NCBI GenBank assembly: GCA_964658305.1
Contig: OZ210884.1
Span: forward strand, 2,046,001 to 2,110,000
Length of the DNA: 64,000 nucleotides
Reading direction: 5' to 3'
From: Leptogorgia sarmentosa
Taxonomy: Eukaryota
Both the position numbers and the translations under genes were made by a program. The notes under the pieces are model-generated. The model was not told the DNA's origin and did not search any database. It saw only the letters and a program-made list of their open reading frames with translations. Within the stretch, counting starts at the first letter, position 1, and each line of letters begins with the position of its first letter. Of this stretch, positions 24,801 to 39,800 are shown one piece after another.

Positions 24801-27800
24801 TTTTTTTTTTGCAATATTTTCATGTTTGATCTCTGATTCTATACTAAAACAATTAGATTACTCGCTCTCGATTTCTACGAGATGATAGTTGATTCGGGCT
24901 TCGCCCTCATCAACTATCACCTCATAGAAATTTCGAGCTCGTAATCTAATTGTTAAATAGACAACGGCTGAGTAGCCTATCAGAATGTAGCATTTGTATA
25001 GACTGTATTCTAATTGCCAATAAACACGGGCGTTGCCAGCGATCAGTTATTTTCAGTGAGGTCGTTCTAAATTTTAAGAGGTAAAGTAGGGTGCATGGCC
25101 ATTATTCAAAATTCTAGTTGATATCAGTATGAAAACATGTTGAGATAATCGATTAGCTAATAAGAGAAAGTGGCGTTCGCAAAATACTGGATTATTTGTC
25201 CAGTTGTTATTACACAGTTGTTGCATGTTCTTTGGGGCAGCAACACTCCGATATCTGGCTTTGGCTTATCAATATAACTTCTTAAAATGCTTAAAAAGCA
25301 TTTTAGATACCTCAGAAATAAAACAAAATTCCAAGGTTATGCCCCCGAAATGCCCTGGAAATATTATAACGATTTCCATGGCCACCGTATCCCCTTCCCC
25401 AGTTTCAACAACCTTGCGACTCCCCTAGCAATAGATTTGATAAACATAATATTTGCCATGATAAATATTAAGTATCTCAAGGCACAAAGCAATAAAAAAT
25501 AAACATGTAAGCTCAAGGCGAGAAACCTGTTTTCGTGAGGGCAACAATCATTTACTTATTGCTTACTTATTTCCCCCGTGGGAGCAAGGCATTGCGTTTA
25601 ATTAGAATCTGGTGACCGAAAATTAACCAGTAACAATTACCATTATTTAATAGCTATATAACCATGATGTTATACCACAGCACACGCATAATCCGCGGAA
25701 AATCCGCTAAGTTAGAAACAAAAGCTAGCAAATATGGTGGGAGTCGGATGAAGTTTTTGAGGAAATTCAAAGTACAGTATTTTGGAAATGCGTAAAATTG
25801 CCACGAAAACTGCTGTACGAAAACTGTCAATTATTGAATTTTTTATAGAATATCATGAGTTAACATTCTTAATTAATGTAGGTGTAATTTTAGCTTTTCA
25901 TTATACTTTATAATAATTATGCTACATTTTAGGTTTTGGCTGTAAATAAAGATTACCTCACGGTTGAGGTGTGCGTGCCATTTTTATTCACGAGTTGTGA
26001 TGGATGGCTGAACAAACGAGTGAGCGAAGCAAACGAGTGAGATTTTGCAATGCATCATAACGAGTAAATAAAAAAAATCGTTCAAACGACCAAACTATCG
26101 AAGAAATTTGATAATATTTTCGCAAAATCGAACTCCATGTTTACTCTGCCGTGCGAACAGGTGTAGGCAAGAGAACGTCAGGCAATCAATACGCCCATAC
26201 GATAGATTTTCACTATAGTGAAAAAAAATCGTATAACCGATGACAAAGCTGATAGGACAAATTTCACGTGCGAAAAACATCGTATACAATGAGATTCGCC
26301 GTTCTGTTGCACGTAAACCTCACAAATCAGACAATAATGCTGTATGTAATTATACCTAAAATTCAAGAATTTTGCAACGACTGCAACAACTTACCTGTCC
26401 ACTGGATATGCACCATAGTTGTAGGATTAATAGTCAAGTATTTCGGTATAAAGTCGTATTCGACTGCTGGATAAACTTGTACGATATTCCCCCGTTTCCC
26501 GCGAACATTCAGATTATAGATGACGTTACTCTGTGACACTCCCGGAGGCCTCTTTACGAGCTTGAACAAGTGTGAACGATCTTGAAATGTGCGTCCAAAT
26601 TGAGCTGTGTTGATAGCGAGCTTTAATGGGAGCTCGAATTTGCCGACGTTTACTGTTGGGTTGTTTTGGATTGGAGAGTTTACACCATTAGCACTAAAGA
26701 AAAAAAAAAGGTTTCTTCAAGTTAAGATTGTAATAGCCGTCTCTCTTAGATCTGTGTAAATGACTAGTCATCCCAAAGCTTATTATAATTTGGATGTTTT
26801 TCTTTCCGGGGATTGCGGGGACTGAGGGGAATAATCGCCCCCTCCCACCCCTCTTAGTTTTTTATATAACCAACTTTGAGATTGCTCAAATCTGAAATCA
26901 AAAGTGGGCGGTACGATTATTCAAAATGCAAGTTCATATAGGTACAGTAACGTTCGAGATAATCGATTAGGTGAGAACAGTACGTAAGTTGCCTTTGTGA
27001 AACACTGAAGTGTGCGTCCAGTTATTATTCAATAAGGTGGGTTTAGCAGCTTATACAACGTTTGTTGTTGGAGAAAAAGCGCGATAAGTGGCTTTTGAAT
27101 TATCAATATGCCAGCCTTAAAATGCGAAAAATAACGTTTTAGAGATCCCATGGGAAAATACGCCAAAATTTCCCTGAAAGTATCATATCTTCGTTGCCCA
27201 CTGTGTTCTGGTAGATTCAACAACCACGCAACGCCTCTGAGAAGAGTTGTTTAAAAAGGTGGTTAGCTTGACCGCCGGTTAACGCGGAATTCTAAGCAAA
27301 TTTCCAACCATATTCCCTATTAATTTAGAAATGTTACTTCTGAAATCTTGTCTGGATCAATATGAGTTTTCTTTTTTGAAGTTCCGAAGTAAATAGACGT
27401 ACCAAAATACACAAACTAAAACATTGAATTTAATATCAACACAGGCTTATAGCGTTAACCTACAGTAGCTTTAAACGACCAGACCCAGGCGAATAAATAC
27501 TATATAGTTTCCCTCATTTCACAATATAAGAGCGGTATTCTCAACACGTACACTGGATTTATTTTATTTTCTGAATGATATTTTTTTATTCGTCTGCTAT
27601 GCTCAATCGTATTTTTTTCAACTCTTTTGACGCATATCGAACTCATCTGATAATTACCCTATCATTTACATACTGAACATTTTTGGAGTGGACTTTTAAT
27701 AAGAAAATGTGTATTTTTTAAATTTTTTTTTGTTCTATAGTCCTGCGCTTTCGCAAATGCAGTGCCAAAAATTTGCGCAATACTTACGGATCGTTGTTTT

Positions 27801-30800
27801 TATCACTGAACGTTGTGGACGATGAGTAGTCTCCAGTGGAAATGTTATATCTATAAAAAAGTGGAGTAAACATGAGACCCGACGAGATTTATCCTTTCAT
27901 TCATAAGTTCAAAGCTAGTAAATGCATAAAATTCCATTCCCACTTGTTTCATTTGGTTCCGATATTTGAATAATACAGTACAGTGTAGTTTGCTCTAGTA
28001 CAGTATGTAGTACGGTCCCGGCCAGTATAGTGACAATAATTATTACCTTACTATTGTTACAGCGACAATAGTACCTTATATTGTTATTACATTACGTGTT
28101 ATTATATTGGTGCGCGAAACACTTAGTTATAACAGCATTCGCTTTGGTAAGTCTGAGAATATTTCTTTTCATTTTTGTCCATTATTGTACCCCGCCATCC
28201 CTTATTTCAAAATGGCGTATAATCGCCGAACGAGACTAATTGCCCTTGTTTCCCGATTTTTAAATGCATTTGTAGTGTCGCCGAATGACATGGTTCAAGA
28301 ACACATTTGACACTTATGCTCTTGATGACAGTCCGCCATATTTTTTTGAGATCAGAGATTTTTTCAACAAATTTCGAGATGCCTAAATATATACCCTAGT
28401 GTATAGACACGATGTCATGCCACCAACTCTCACAGAAGTAGTGTACGCAATCGACTGAACAAATATATACAGTATAGTATTAATATCATATATCGCACCA
28501 TATTCTTGTAGATTAAATTTGATAATGCTGCCATACGCCCAAAGCATATCGATAATTTTTGTCAAACGCTCACGAAATACGTATGTGAGTAACATAGACA
28601 TTTGTTCTGTTAGCACGGGCTTAAATTTTACAGTAACTTAGTATAATTTATTACTAGGCTGGGCTGATATTTCAGCCAGCCTGTGTAAGGCCAGGATTGA
28701 AACTCAGCTCGGGTTGAAAACTATCCTCGTAAAACTATCTGAGAAGCTGCGAAGCACTCACGTTTCTGCCCAAAAATGCATCCTTTTTTAGCCGAGTTTA
28801 CATCATTACATGCAGCTGCCAGCAAAAATGGAAAATCTGCCACTCCTACTAGTTTCTAGCCTCGAAACACTCTCGAGTCTCGAGCATTTTAATTTTTTAA
28901 AATTGCATTTGACATTAAATTGTCTCAATTTTTGAGCGAGCATGACTGGTCGATAGAATCAGAGGTTCAAGACTATAGCTTATCTTTCATTTTAGGCCAC
29001 AATTGAAATCGGGTACATTTTTTTCCGCCTATCGCGTGTCTGGGCGGATACGTGAATGTTTCATTATGTTTCTGTGTGTGCCGATCAGCAATTTTTTTAG
29101 AGTTTCGACACTTTCTTTGACGTAGTAATGATTAAAGCAAGGCTTAGCCCAGTCAGTTGGGTTGAATTATTGCAAAATAAATAGTGTTATATAGTTTATT
29201 CTGATTAAAACCACCGAAAACATAACTGTAAATCCGGATAAATCCAAAAAATGTTTGCCAATTCATTAGCCAAAGCCGATTGGCCTTTAGCTAGTTAACT
29301 TAGTTTAAGCTTGGAGTAGCAAGGTAAGATGTCAAGGAGGGGGACATTGGAAGGGTCTCAACACCGCAATACCGCACAAAAATTCCGAAAATAACGCATC
29401 ACCGCGGAAAAAATAAATAATTACCGCATACCGTAAACAAAACAAAAAATAAATAAAATCCCGAGTTTCCGCTAAACGCCGTTTTTTAACGCCCTGTTTA
29501 CGTGTTATTAACTTGAGAATGTAATATTGAATGTGCGTTCCAAGTGCCGTATGCGATGAAGCGAAGCAGAAAGGCGTTTAAAAACGCAGTCTGCGTTTCA
29601 AATACGAATTGCGTTTGAAAAAAAAACACGCAGAATTGATAAACTATAAACATGAATAAGACAGTCAGATCGTACCGTAACAATTTCGTCACTGCAAGGT
29701 TCTGCTACTACTGCAAGGTTCAGCTACTACTTTGGTGGGGGTAGGGTGGGGGTCTGTATCCGATACATTATGATAGGGGTCACATGAAGTATATAATGGT
29801 GGGGACGATATGCCACCAGGCCCACCCATAGGGCCCACCTAATGAGCCCACCACATACCAAAGGGAACGCAGGCTCAAAAAACGAGTTATTTTTGGCTTC
29901 TTTGAAAAAATAGTAGTTTGGCCTCTTTTGGTCGATTTTGGCCACTTTTCAAACTATATTTGGCTCCAAGGCTGCGCAGGAGTCTAACAACCCTGGCATG
30001 ATTGGCTTTTGGAATAATTATGGCATCGCTTCTTGTCGTAACAACGGAAGAACTGCAAGTAAATCGGCAATCCCGCGCACCGCAATGAATTTAAAACACC
30101 GTAATACCGCTATTTTTGGTATTTTTTCCCGCAACACCGCAGCTTTAAAAACGAAATCTCGCACACCGCAAGAGTTGACCATACCGCAACACCGCAAAGT
30201 TCGATTTTTTTCACCGCAATTCCGCACAAAAAAATGGCCGATATCGCAGTACCGCAAATCCCAATGTCCCCCTCGTCAAGAGCTTCTACTATGCTTTGAC
30301 TCGCCCGACCAAAGCTTAAATTTGCCGAGTACTGGAAGATTGGGTGTTCCACACCCAACAACCCCCTCTGGCGAGGGTTACCAACCATCATAAATTAACC
30401 ATCGTTCACTTTTTGCAAGGTTTACAATTCTTCGCCAAGTTTCTTAAAATTTTGTTTGAAATTTACCCTTTACTGGTTTTATGTGGCCATTAGGTAAAAC
30501 TTTTCTATCACTAACCTCAATCGTAGTACGCATCTTTGGTCTTTATTTGATGGGAAATGAGGAATAACCCATTCGTGACGGACTGGAACCCCCTGACGAG
30601 TATTTCCCAAATGATTTGCTCTTGTATATGGAGTTTGATGACATGTTGGTGGAGCAAGTGCTACCAGGCATCGTTTCAAGCTTTCAAGATCATCATTAAC
30701 TATTTTCAAATTATCAATATCTTCAGATCGATAAGGAATGGCCCAAATAAGAGGAAGTGTCTTAGAACTGTCATCTTTACATTCTTTTTCTGTATCTGCT

Positions 30801-33800
30801 TTGGGGTATTCTTCCAAATAATTCCGGAACGAAACCCAGTGACCTTTACCGCTTTCGCAGTCAGCTTTGTTGTTGAAAGAAGAGAAGTGGAGGAAACTTT
30901 TTTCCTTTTCTGTTGAATCGTAGTATTCAAGGCATTCCGCTGTAGCAAAGGAAATAAAATTTTAAATTAACTTGGAGACATATAATCCATCTACAACGCT
31001 CAAAATTCAATTATCAGCGACCGAATAATTATTCAAACTATTGTCCACAAACCATTTTAAACTGTATGTATTTGGGTAATTTATTTTACGGATGGCGAAA
31101 GATAATCTTTGAACATAAGGATGAAATTTCGCACGATTCTCGCTCTCCCCCTACCCCTTGGGTTTGCAGAACTTCATGCGGGAATAACTGCGGGTAACTA
31201 GGCTATTTTTGCTCAAGGTTATTGTAGCTTTGTGGAATCATTAGCGTATTAGTCTTTGAATAATGTTCAACCAAGACTCAAGATTGCATTTTTATGATCA
31301 GTCCCAACGACATTTAGTGGGGGGCAAAAACCAGGACTTGCCTCCTACAAGAATATTTTTCTCGGGCGAACCCCCACATTGCCCCTAGGCCAAGACAGTT
31401 GCGCCACGGCTGATTCCATTTCATGTAGATGTGCTTTTTAATGAATATCTGCTTGACACATTTAGGATTTACAGAGCTCAGAAATTCTGCCATGTCTGCG
31501 ATCAAGCTGTCAACAAGTTGTGTTGGCGCCACTATTTGTTTTGAGTTTTTAACCTGCAGTTTGGACGATCTTGTAAAGTATTTGAAGGCGAATATCCGAT
31601 TTGTTAGAAAGTTCAAAAGTTTCAAATATCGTTCTGCATGATACAATAACGTCGTCTTAAGCTGATTCTAAGATGCATCAGGGGCGTCGCTAGGGAGGGG
31701 ACTGGCGGAGAAAAGTTCCAACCAGTTATTTTTAATGACCAACATTGCGATTGTACTAAATCTGAAGTGAAACGTGGGGGGGATAGACAATTATTAGGAA
31801 TGTTAGTTCATATAATTAGAGATAATCGATTGACTAAAAACATAACGTTTCCTTTGTGAAATACTGGCCAGTTAATATTCAATAATGGGCATATGGGTTT
31901 AGCAGCCAACACGAGTTTGTTGTTTAAGAAATCTCCGACATGTGGCTTTAAGATTATCAATGTACACACCATGGCTGAAAATGCTAAAAATAGCGTTTCA
32001 GTGAATCCAGAAATCCAAAATGTTCTCGCGGGTATGTCCCAAAATCCCCCTAGAAATATCACATAACTTCGATGCCCACGGTCTTTCAATCTCCCCCAGC
32101 TTCAACAACCTGGCGACGCCCCTGAGACACATAGGTAAACCAAAATTGTGTTTCCAAGATAAATAATTTAAGTGCACTTCTAGCTGACATACACCCTTCA
32201 CACTGCGTGTGACTTTTTTTGGGGGGGGAAACAAAATTTAAAAAAGCTCGTACATGTAGTATCTTCGCTCATGCTACCAGCGCGGTGATACAAACTTGTC
32301 AATGCTCGACTTGTTGGATCTGTGGCGAATGTGTCGTCTTGCATGTATAAAATAGTATACCGCTAGCAGATAGCGCGACTGTTTTTCCGAGAATACTGAT
32401 TCCTGAAACGCGATGTTGTGCCAAAAATACTTGATATAAGCATTCATGAATATGTCGCATTCCGAATATCAAATTGCATTGCAATTCAAACTGGGTGACA
32501 TATACGATATGGCAGATTGAAGTTGTCGCGTCTTACGATTGCTTTGCGAAAAAAGTGGCTCTCTAGTGACCAAGTTTACTCTTTGTATAAAACCACTTAC
32601 ATAGAACATATTCTGTCCATGTCTTTAAATTTTGAAATAGACGATGAAATAGCATGCTGCCTTATAAACACTTTAGAATTGCAATTGTACATTTATATTA
32701 GGACTTAATTAGAAAAACAAAATTATTTTTCTAAACGTTCGAATTTCGACACTACATTTTATCAGAAAAAAAATTGGAACATCCCCTGCGCTCCACCACG
32801 GCCGCGATCTTGTCGCCACGTCATCGCAAAAGAATTTTATTTAACTATCTGCGCAAGCGCAGATAAAAAAAAGTTACGGTTACTTACAGCTAACGCCCGC
32901 TACAACATAGCATCTGCTACGCAGATACAAAAAGTTAATACAGCAGGGATGTATATTTTTATTTTTTCCTACAGAAGGTGGGATTTGGGATTTTCTGTGC
33001 ATTTACAATGTCCAACCAGCAACACTCCCCGAGCGTGCTTTGTTATTAATAAACGGTCTCCATAAGCGCAGGCTAAGCAGAACCATGTAACTAATGTTAC
33101 TAACCTTTAGGCTTAACATTAAAGCTTTCTCTCTGGTAATATCTGCACTTTTCCTTACTGGAAGTAGTAAATACTGCTATATCGATCCAGTCTGTTGGAT
33201 ACCAGTAAGGATAGTAATCTCGTTCTTCGGGACATTCGTAACCACTGCGGGTACCATCTGCATTTTGTCGAGTATACTTGGCTGTGTCGCCTTGCAATTG
33301 CTGGTCAGCAGTGAATAATCCTTTAAATAGAAGAATATTCATGATATTTAGTAATTGATTCAGCTTTCAATACCTGCCGCCCATACCGTTTAGAAGCAAT
33401 TTATGCAGGTACGGTAATAGATATATCAATTTGTTTGGCTACCTCATCGCTATGTATATTTCTTGATAAAACAACAATTATGTGAATGCCAAGAAGTTAA
33501 TGACTTTAGCAGATTGGCTTTTTCTGCTTCCTCATACCTCCTGCACGCTTTCTTTTGTTGCATTTATCATACCATTCCCAGGACTCATGAAGACCTCTGG
33601 AAAATTGAAGTGACGAATCTTTTTTTAACTTCTTGTCCTTATCCGAGCGACTTTTGAACGGCTTATTCTCCTTACTATATTCCGGGGTCTTTGTTGTATA
33701 TCCTATGTGAACGAAAAAACAAACAAGCTGACAGGTTTCGACAGGAAAGGTGGTGTAGTGTTTACTTCATAACCTGTCGCATCCGGCGATTTGGATCGTA

Positions 33801-36800
33801 TGTAAACACTACGCCAGTTCTTACGGTTTCTACCAATTTCCACCATATGCAACAAAACAGGACGTCGCAAAAAGGGAAACAATTGCAATGACCTTCACGA
33901 GGTGCGCGGAAAAAAATTGCGACGATTCAAATTCGAATAGGCGCATTAACTGAAGCAACTTATAGTTGTAGTGCAGTAGAATTCTCAATCTGTATTTAAC
34001 GGGAAAAAGCAACGTTTTGTAATTTGGTATTTGTCGGGCACCATTGATATACTGGCGTAGGGAAAACACTGCCTACACTAACCCTTAACCGACACCATCA
34101 TTCGAAATCGTTTAGATTTGTCCGTAATTTGAAATATGGCTTTCTCTTCTCATGCGTGCTCACTCGATTACGCAGGCCAGACTGCGAATCGTGCTTGACA
34201 AATCGTAGCGTGTAAACGTACGTTGAGCCAACAAAATTTATGCAAAGGCGACATGAGGAGGAGATTCTCCATTCACATGAAACTGAATGTTTGGCGAAAC
34301 AATGGAGTGAGCATGCAACCCGGTGCAAATCTGTTAATGGCCGCGATTACGTCCGCAAAATATGTTCAAATTTTGTTAAAAAAATTATTAGAAGTAAATG
34401 TTCGCCCATGAAAATCCTTTTTCTTTGAGGGTGGCGTATAAGATAAAATTTTCTTAAATAAGCCTTCAATAGCAAAGTCCAATAGTGGTTTTCGCCGAAT
34501 GTCTTTTTTGTAAATTTGCAAAATGTTTGCAACATGGCAAATTTGATGCAATCACGTCCTTTGCCAGAATTACGCTGTGTCGCAACGTCGTGCAAACCAA
34601 TTTGTTCCTTTTGTGTTTCGTTTCGTCATAACTTTGTTAACCACCTCTTCATATTGTTACACCTGGCCCTTGCTTTCTTACCATTTCTCATTGAGTGATG
34701 ATTCAAAGTTTTATGGTTGTCATCATCTTGACATCGATATTGAAGCACAAAAGTACAATCTAGTTCTGGACTGTTGCAGCCATGTTGGTTGGTCCACTCT
34801 ATGAGTAATAACGACTTTCCTTCTGGGTCACTGCCACTCTGAAAATAATGCTGGAAGCAAGCAGGATAATTCAAAATTAATAACAGTGGCATACATGTTG
34901 TGGGGCCTGTAGGCAAAGTATAATTCACGGGCCTTGAAATGGTATCTCTTAGCTACAATAATTTTCAATATTAATTGGGACATCAATGAGCCCTGTGCAT
35001 CAGTTCTGTAGCATTGCTTTAATAATTACGTATACACATCTCAATAGCCCCACCCCGTTCAATGCTGGTTTTTCAATCCATACACTATTGTACGCGAAAA
35101 CCAAATGCTAACCACAGCACAACATTGAATACGGGGAGAGAGGGATTGAAGTTTGAGAAAATTATGTACATTTTATCTGTCCATATGAAAATGATTGTAT
35201 GTCTATTATATTGTAGGGGATTTTCATCAACTGGTGAATGGCTGTCATTTCTTTAAAAAAAAACATCTCATTCTAGTATTCAAAATACAGCTACAAATCA
35301 CGGGCCTTTCAAAATTCCAAGCTGGCCTGTAGGCTATTGCTTACACAGTATATTGGTTAGTACTTGCGCTACTAGATAGTCATAACATTGCAAGGAATGA
35401 TTAATGGTTTTTAATTTTAATATGAACTTATTACAAGTACTGAAAAAAATCAGGCGTCCAAAGAATAAAAACTTTTTATTTCATGTATGTATATTAGATT
35501 ACCGTAATGGGATGGATTCTATTGTCCGGGCTTTATTTTTTTGCTGGATGAAAAGGATGAAACAGGGGTAGATTTCTAAGGTATATGTATAGACACATTA
35601 GGTTAATTTCGTCGGTCTGTATATGGCCAGTTGGAAAACGGAATTTCGTAAGCAAACATAAGACATACCATGTTAAATTGATATTTCTCATCTTTTACTA
35701 TCTTGAATTTCTTGTCTTGTGCCTCACCCACGTTGTATCCCCCTTTGTCATTGTTCTGTTATATAAACATATATATAAACCAGTTTTGTCTCTATTATAT
35801 ATATATATAATATAAGTAGGGTAAAATCTGCAACGTGATTGGCTAATGAGCGTGCATATATAACAGCGTAATGCACGCATCTAGCTATTAAATTTCTCCC
35901 GCGACTTTTTGGTTTGACAAAAAGACAATAAAAATGCATATTACTAAAAATACATCCATAAAAAACGCTTGAATTGTTTGCTTTCGCTCAGCTAAAGGAA
36001 TAAAGCTGTGTTGCTCGGCTACGCCTCGTGTTTTATGCGATTCTCTCGTATTCTCCCAACATTTCCCTCGTGCATTATAACAGCATAATGGCACGCGACT
36101 CGTTATCTATTTCTTAAATATTTAGTAGAATCATACTCGTATACTATTGCAAATGCTGCAATTTGATTGGCTACTCTACTCGATATCTATTCCTCGATAG
36201 ATAGCGAGTAGCAAAATATGTTAATTTTCAAATTTGTAAACTATGTCTTTGGTCATGCATTTTTCCTGAAGTGGGCATGTGTTCTTGTCTCTACAAGTGC
36301 ATAGGTCTGTGGCCTCGCACTGTGGCTTACTTTTCCTAATCATACGTGTGTTGAGCCTAGAAATTATAGACTTGACGTTGTTCATGCAACTGTAACTGAC
36401 CATGACTGTGTTCCTATTAAAAATCTTGTGTAGCTTGTGGTGAGGTGGAAAAGCCCAGGAAATCACGTGCGATGTGTGTCTTGACACTCTTGCTGAAAGG
36501 GGGATTAAACCAAATGATGTTGCGTTGCATATTTCTGCGTGTTTGTGGTGCTTGATTCATGTATTCAAGCTTGTGGTCGAAACTGCTGTGCCTTAGTGCG
36601 TTTTGGTAAGCAGGAGCACTTTCATGGAATATGTGCTCATCTGATGAGAGTGTCGAAATGCGCGTGTTGAGCGATGTGGGTAGTTGTCTTATGATGTTTG
36701 GTGGGTGGTTGGAATGTTTGTTTATGTATAGTGGATCGTCATTAGGCTTTCTACAGGGCTTAAATTTTCCATTGTTAAGATCGAAAGTGACATCTAAGAA

Positions 36801-39800
36801 ATTTACTACATGCAAATTTGCCTCAGTTGTTCTTTTAAACCGAAATTGTCGAAACATTTATGGAGTTCTTTCCTGGTTTTATGTGCCAAACGTGCTGATT
36901 TGTTTTTCATGATAGCCAATCCATCATCTCTGTATAAACCGATGTTTTCCTTTACAAATTTTTCCCCTAGATCGTTTAGTAAGAAAAGGCCTACAAGTTC
37001 ACAAATTTCAGCTCCGTCGTAACTACCCATGGTTACGTCAAATAAGCTGTTGCTGTTTTTTTAGCCAAGGTTTTCCGTCATTGAAAAGCAGTGATTTCCT
37101 AGCGTGTTTTATTATTGAAATGTCATCCTTTGATATGTGAGCCAAATTGGAAGCCCAAGATAATGCTTGGTCCAGCAAATTTTCTGATATCGATGGGTAG
37201 AAGTCAATTATGTCAAACGAAATGAATGCCAAACCACTCTATAACGTTTTGGGTGTTTTGCCATTGGTTTAGGTTCAAAATTTTCCTCAAATTGGGATTG
37301 ATTTTGTCAAGGATGATCTTACTTAGTTTTCCAGATTCGCTTTTTGCGCGATTGATTAGTCGGCATTTTGGGTTGTTTTCGAAATTTTCTTTGTGGTCTT
37401 TTAATGAAATAAATGCTTCACGTTGGGTGGTTTAAACACTTTTTTGCATAAGTATCGTATTCTAAAAACGCTCATAACAACGCAAACAGTTGCTTCAGGA
37501 GTGTGGTAAGCTTTGCTTGCTACACGAAACAAGAATATTGCGCGCGAGCGGGAACTGAATTTCATGCGCGAGGACTGAGAATATCACCTGAGAGTCGAAC
37601 AGCCGATTGTTATTGTTCCTATTGGCCTTGTCCCCATTCAGCCGATTATTTGAACCTCTAGGATTATGGAGGAAGACATCTGCTGAGCCAAAACTGATGA
37701 ATAGTCCTGATAAACCAAAACAGAAATTATTCAGAAAGGTTCTTAAAACGTTTTCAATACGGAGTACATTTCCAATCTAGGAATCAATCGCTTATCCAGT
37801 GAATCAATCAATCACTCAATTGAAACACATGCACAATCTTAATAAATGTACTGTGTGCTTTTATTAATAAACTACACTACACACTTTGGAAAACAAGCAT
37901 TCAGATCTAGAAACGAAGTATTTACCTGATAGAATAATCGTGACTGCTGGTAGCAAACAATTAAACATCGTATTAGTCTACGAAAATAAAGAAAATATTC
38001 AATATTATTACCCACAGGAGCTCATGCTCATTAATGGAATAAAAATTTTCATATTGATATCAACAACATAACGCGAAAGAGTAAATATGAAAATTATAGG
38101 ACGTATATATTGGCCCGAAATACTTGGCCACGAGAATTATCTTGAATGATTATAGGTACCAAACAACTCAGAAATAGTCCAAGGCGATAAAGCTAGTTCA
38201 TACAATTATTGTTCAATGTGCATGCAGTAGCAAGTCTGAATTCCATGACTACGCACAGCATTTAACAACATTGCTTCAATAAACAGGAGAGGCACACATT
38301 AGGGGTGTGTGGATTGTCCCCCCCCCCCCCCCCTCCACTGCCCGCGTTACAAATTCGTAAGACGTCGGTCCACAATTCCCTGAAAATAGAAATAAGTCAG
38401 CCCCAACCCCCAGGATAGATTCGAGTGAGGTCGTAACCTCAATGAGCTTGAATAAAAGGTAAAGTAAAGGCTCTGAAATGGAGGTTTTCGGCGGTCCAGA
38501 GGTTCTGTAAAAGCTAAACTTTCATCGCTCTGCGATAAGTTTCTTATGTTTGAGGGGTTTGTATGAGGTGTTTGCTCCTACAAAAAGCAACAATTCTTCT
38601 GTTGAAGGCTACTAAAATTTGAAGGAAACAAACATTTATATAGCTGATGTTGTCGATTATCTTTCACGGTCCCTCTGACATGCAGACTTCGCCGAAAGAA
38701 ATTTGATTTAATCAAGCTAGGACAATTTCCGACTCATAGCATTTCAATACTGGGGTCGGTTGTATCAAAGACGTTTAGCTTAAACGGCGGATAAGCAAAA
38801 TTTTAAAAACACTCACATTCATTTTGTAACTAATTGAATCTAAATTTTATCAACTAAAAGTGAAGTTCTATGGATACTTGTTATGTTTAGACAGAAATTT
38901 TTAGTTTGCTTGTAGTCAAGAGTTCATAATTTCGTTTGATATTTTTTACTTAATATCGACCGTTTAAGCTAAACGCCTTTGATACAACCGGCCCCTGCTT
39001 ATTTACAATAATAAATCTGTGCACTATCAGTCCTGTAATCTATTATAGTATTCTTGATTACGATCAATCTATTGAGATCCAGCCGACTATGTCGCCCACC
39101 CACGCCGACTGGCGCCAAAAAATTGAAATGAATAAAATATATCTTGTTGTCATATATTTGCGTGCATAACTTTTAATAACAATCGCCCACATGGCGAATG
39201 CATCCTGATTTTACAGCACGAGTTAGACGTCCCGAAGTTTCAGACGGCAAATTATCCAGAAATGTACACAGATGCAACTGTTTTTACCAAGAAGTGTGTG
39301 TTGTAAAACCATTGTGAGATGAGAAGCATTTAGAAAAAAACGCCAACGCAGGCGAAGTATGAAACATTTATACAAATTACCATTTTATACCAATACAAAA
39401 GGTAAGGCAGCGAATACGGATATGCTTTCGTAGTTTAGCTAACTATAAAAATGAATGAGTTCACAATTCGTTTAGTTGTTGAGATATAGTATTATGAAAT
39501 ATCTAGAATTGCACTCGAATTAGCTATGGGTGGTACAAAATGTGTGCCTCTTTAATTATGTCGAGGATCGTTCTCCTATACGACAACACAACAGGCTCAT
39601 GAATATTAGTTGCACGGTATTACTCCAGAATAATTAATACTAGTTGTATAAAACAGACAGAATAGATATTAAACTGATTAATTTTAGTAATTTTAGCCAC
39701 TCTGGTACGTACTAAACAGCGGAAATATCATGGCGAGAAATAATGGACATGATTGCAAAATGATATTGTACCGTTATAATTAATTATAATTGTATTAATT

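Larger units (their letters stand above)
21036..25950 (+). repeat. Segmental duplication copy B (3' end of the DD3-3-like gene)
   Basis: Collinear with 1663-6133, plus an extra 599-bp MITE at 24358-24956. Confidence 0.95.

Noticed and set aside
29938..30393. 151-aa ORF and overlapping antisense ORFs
   Set aside because: Lie largely within a non-autonomous transposon; no transposase or other motifs.
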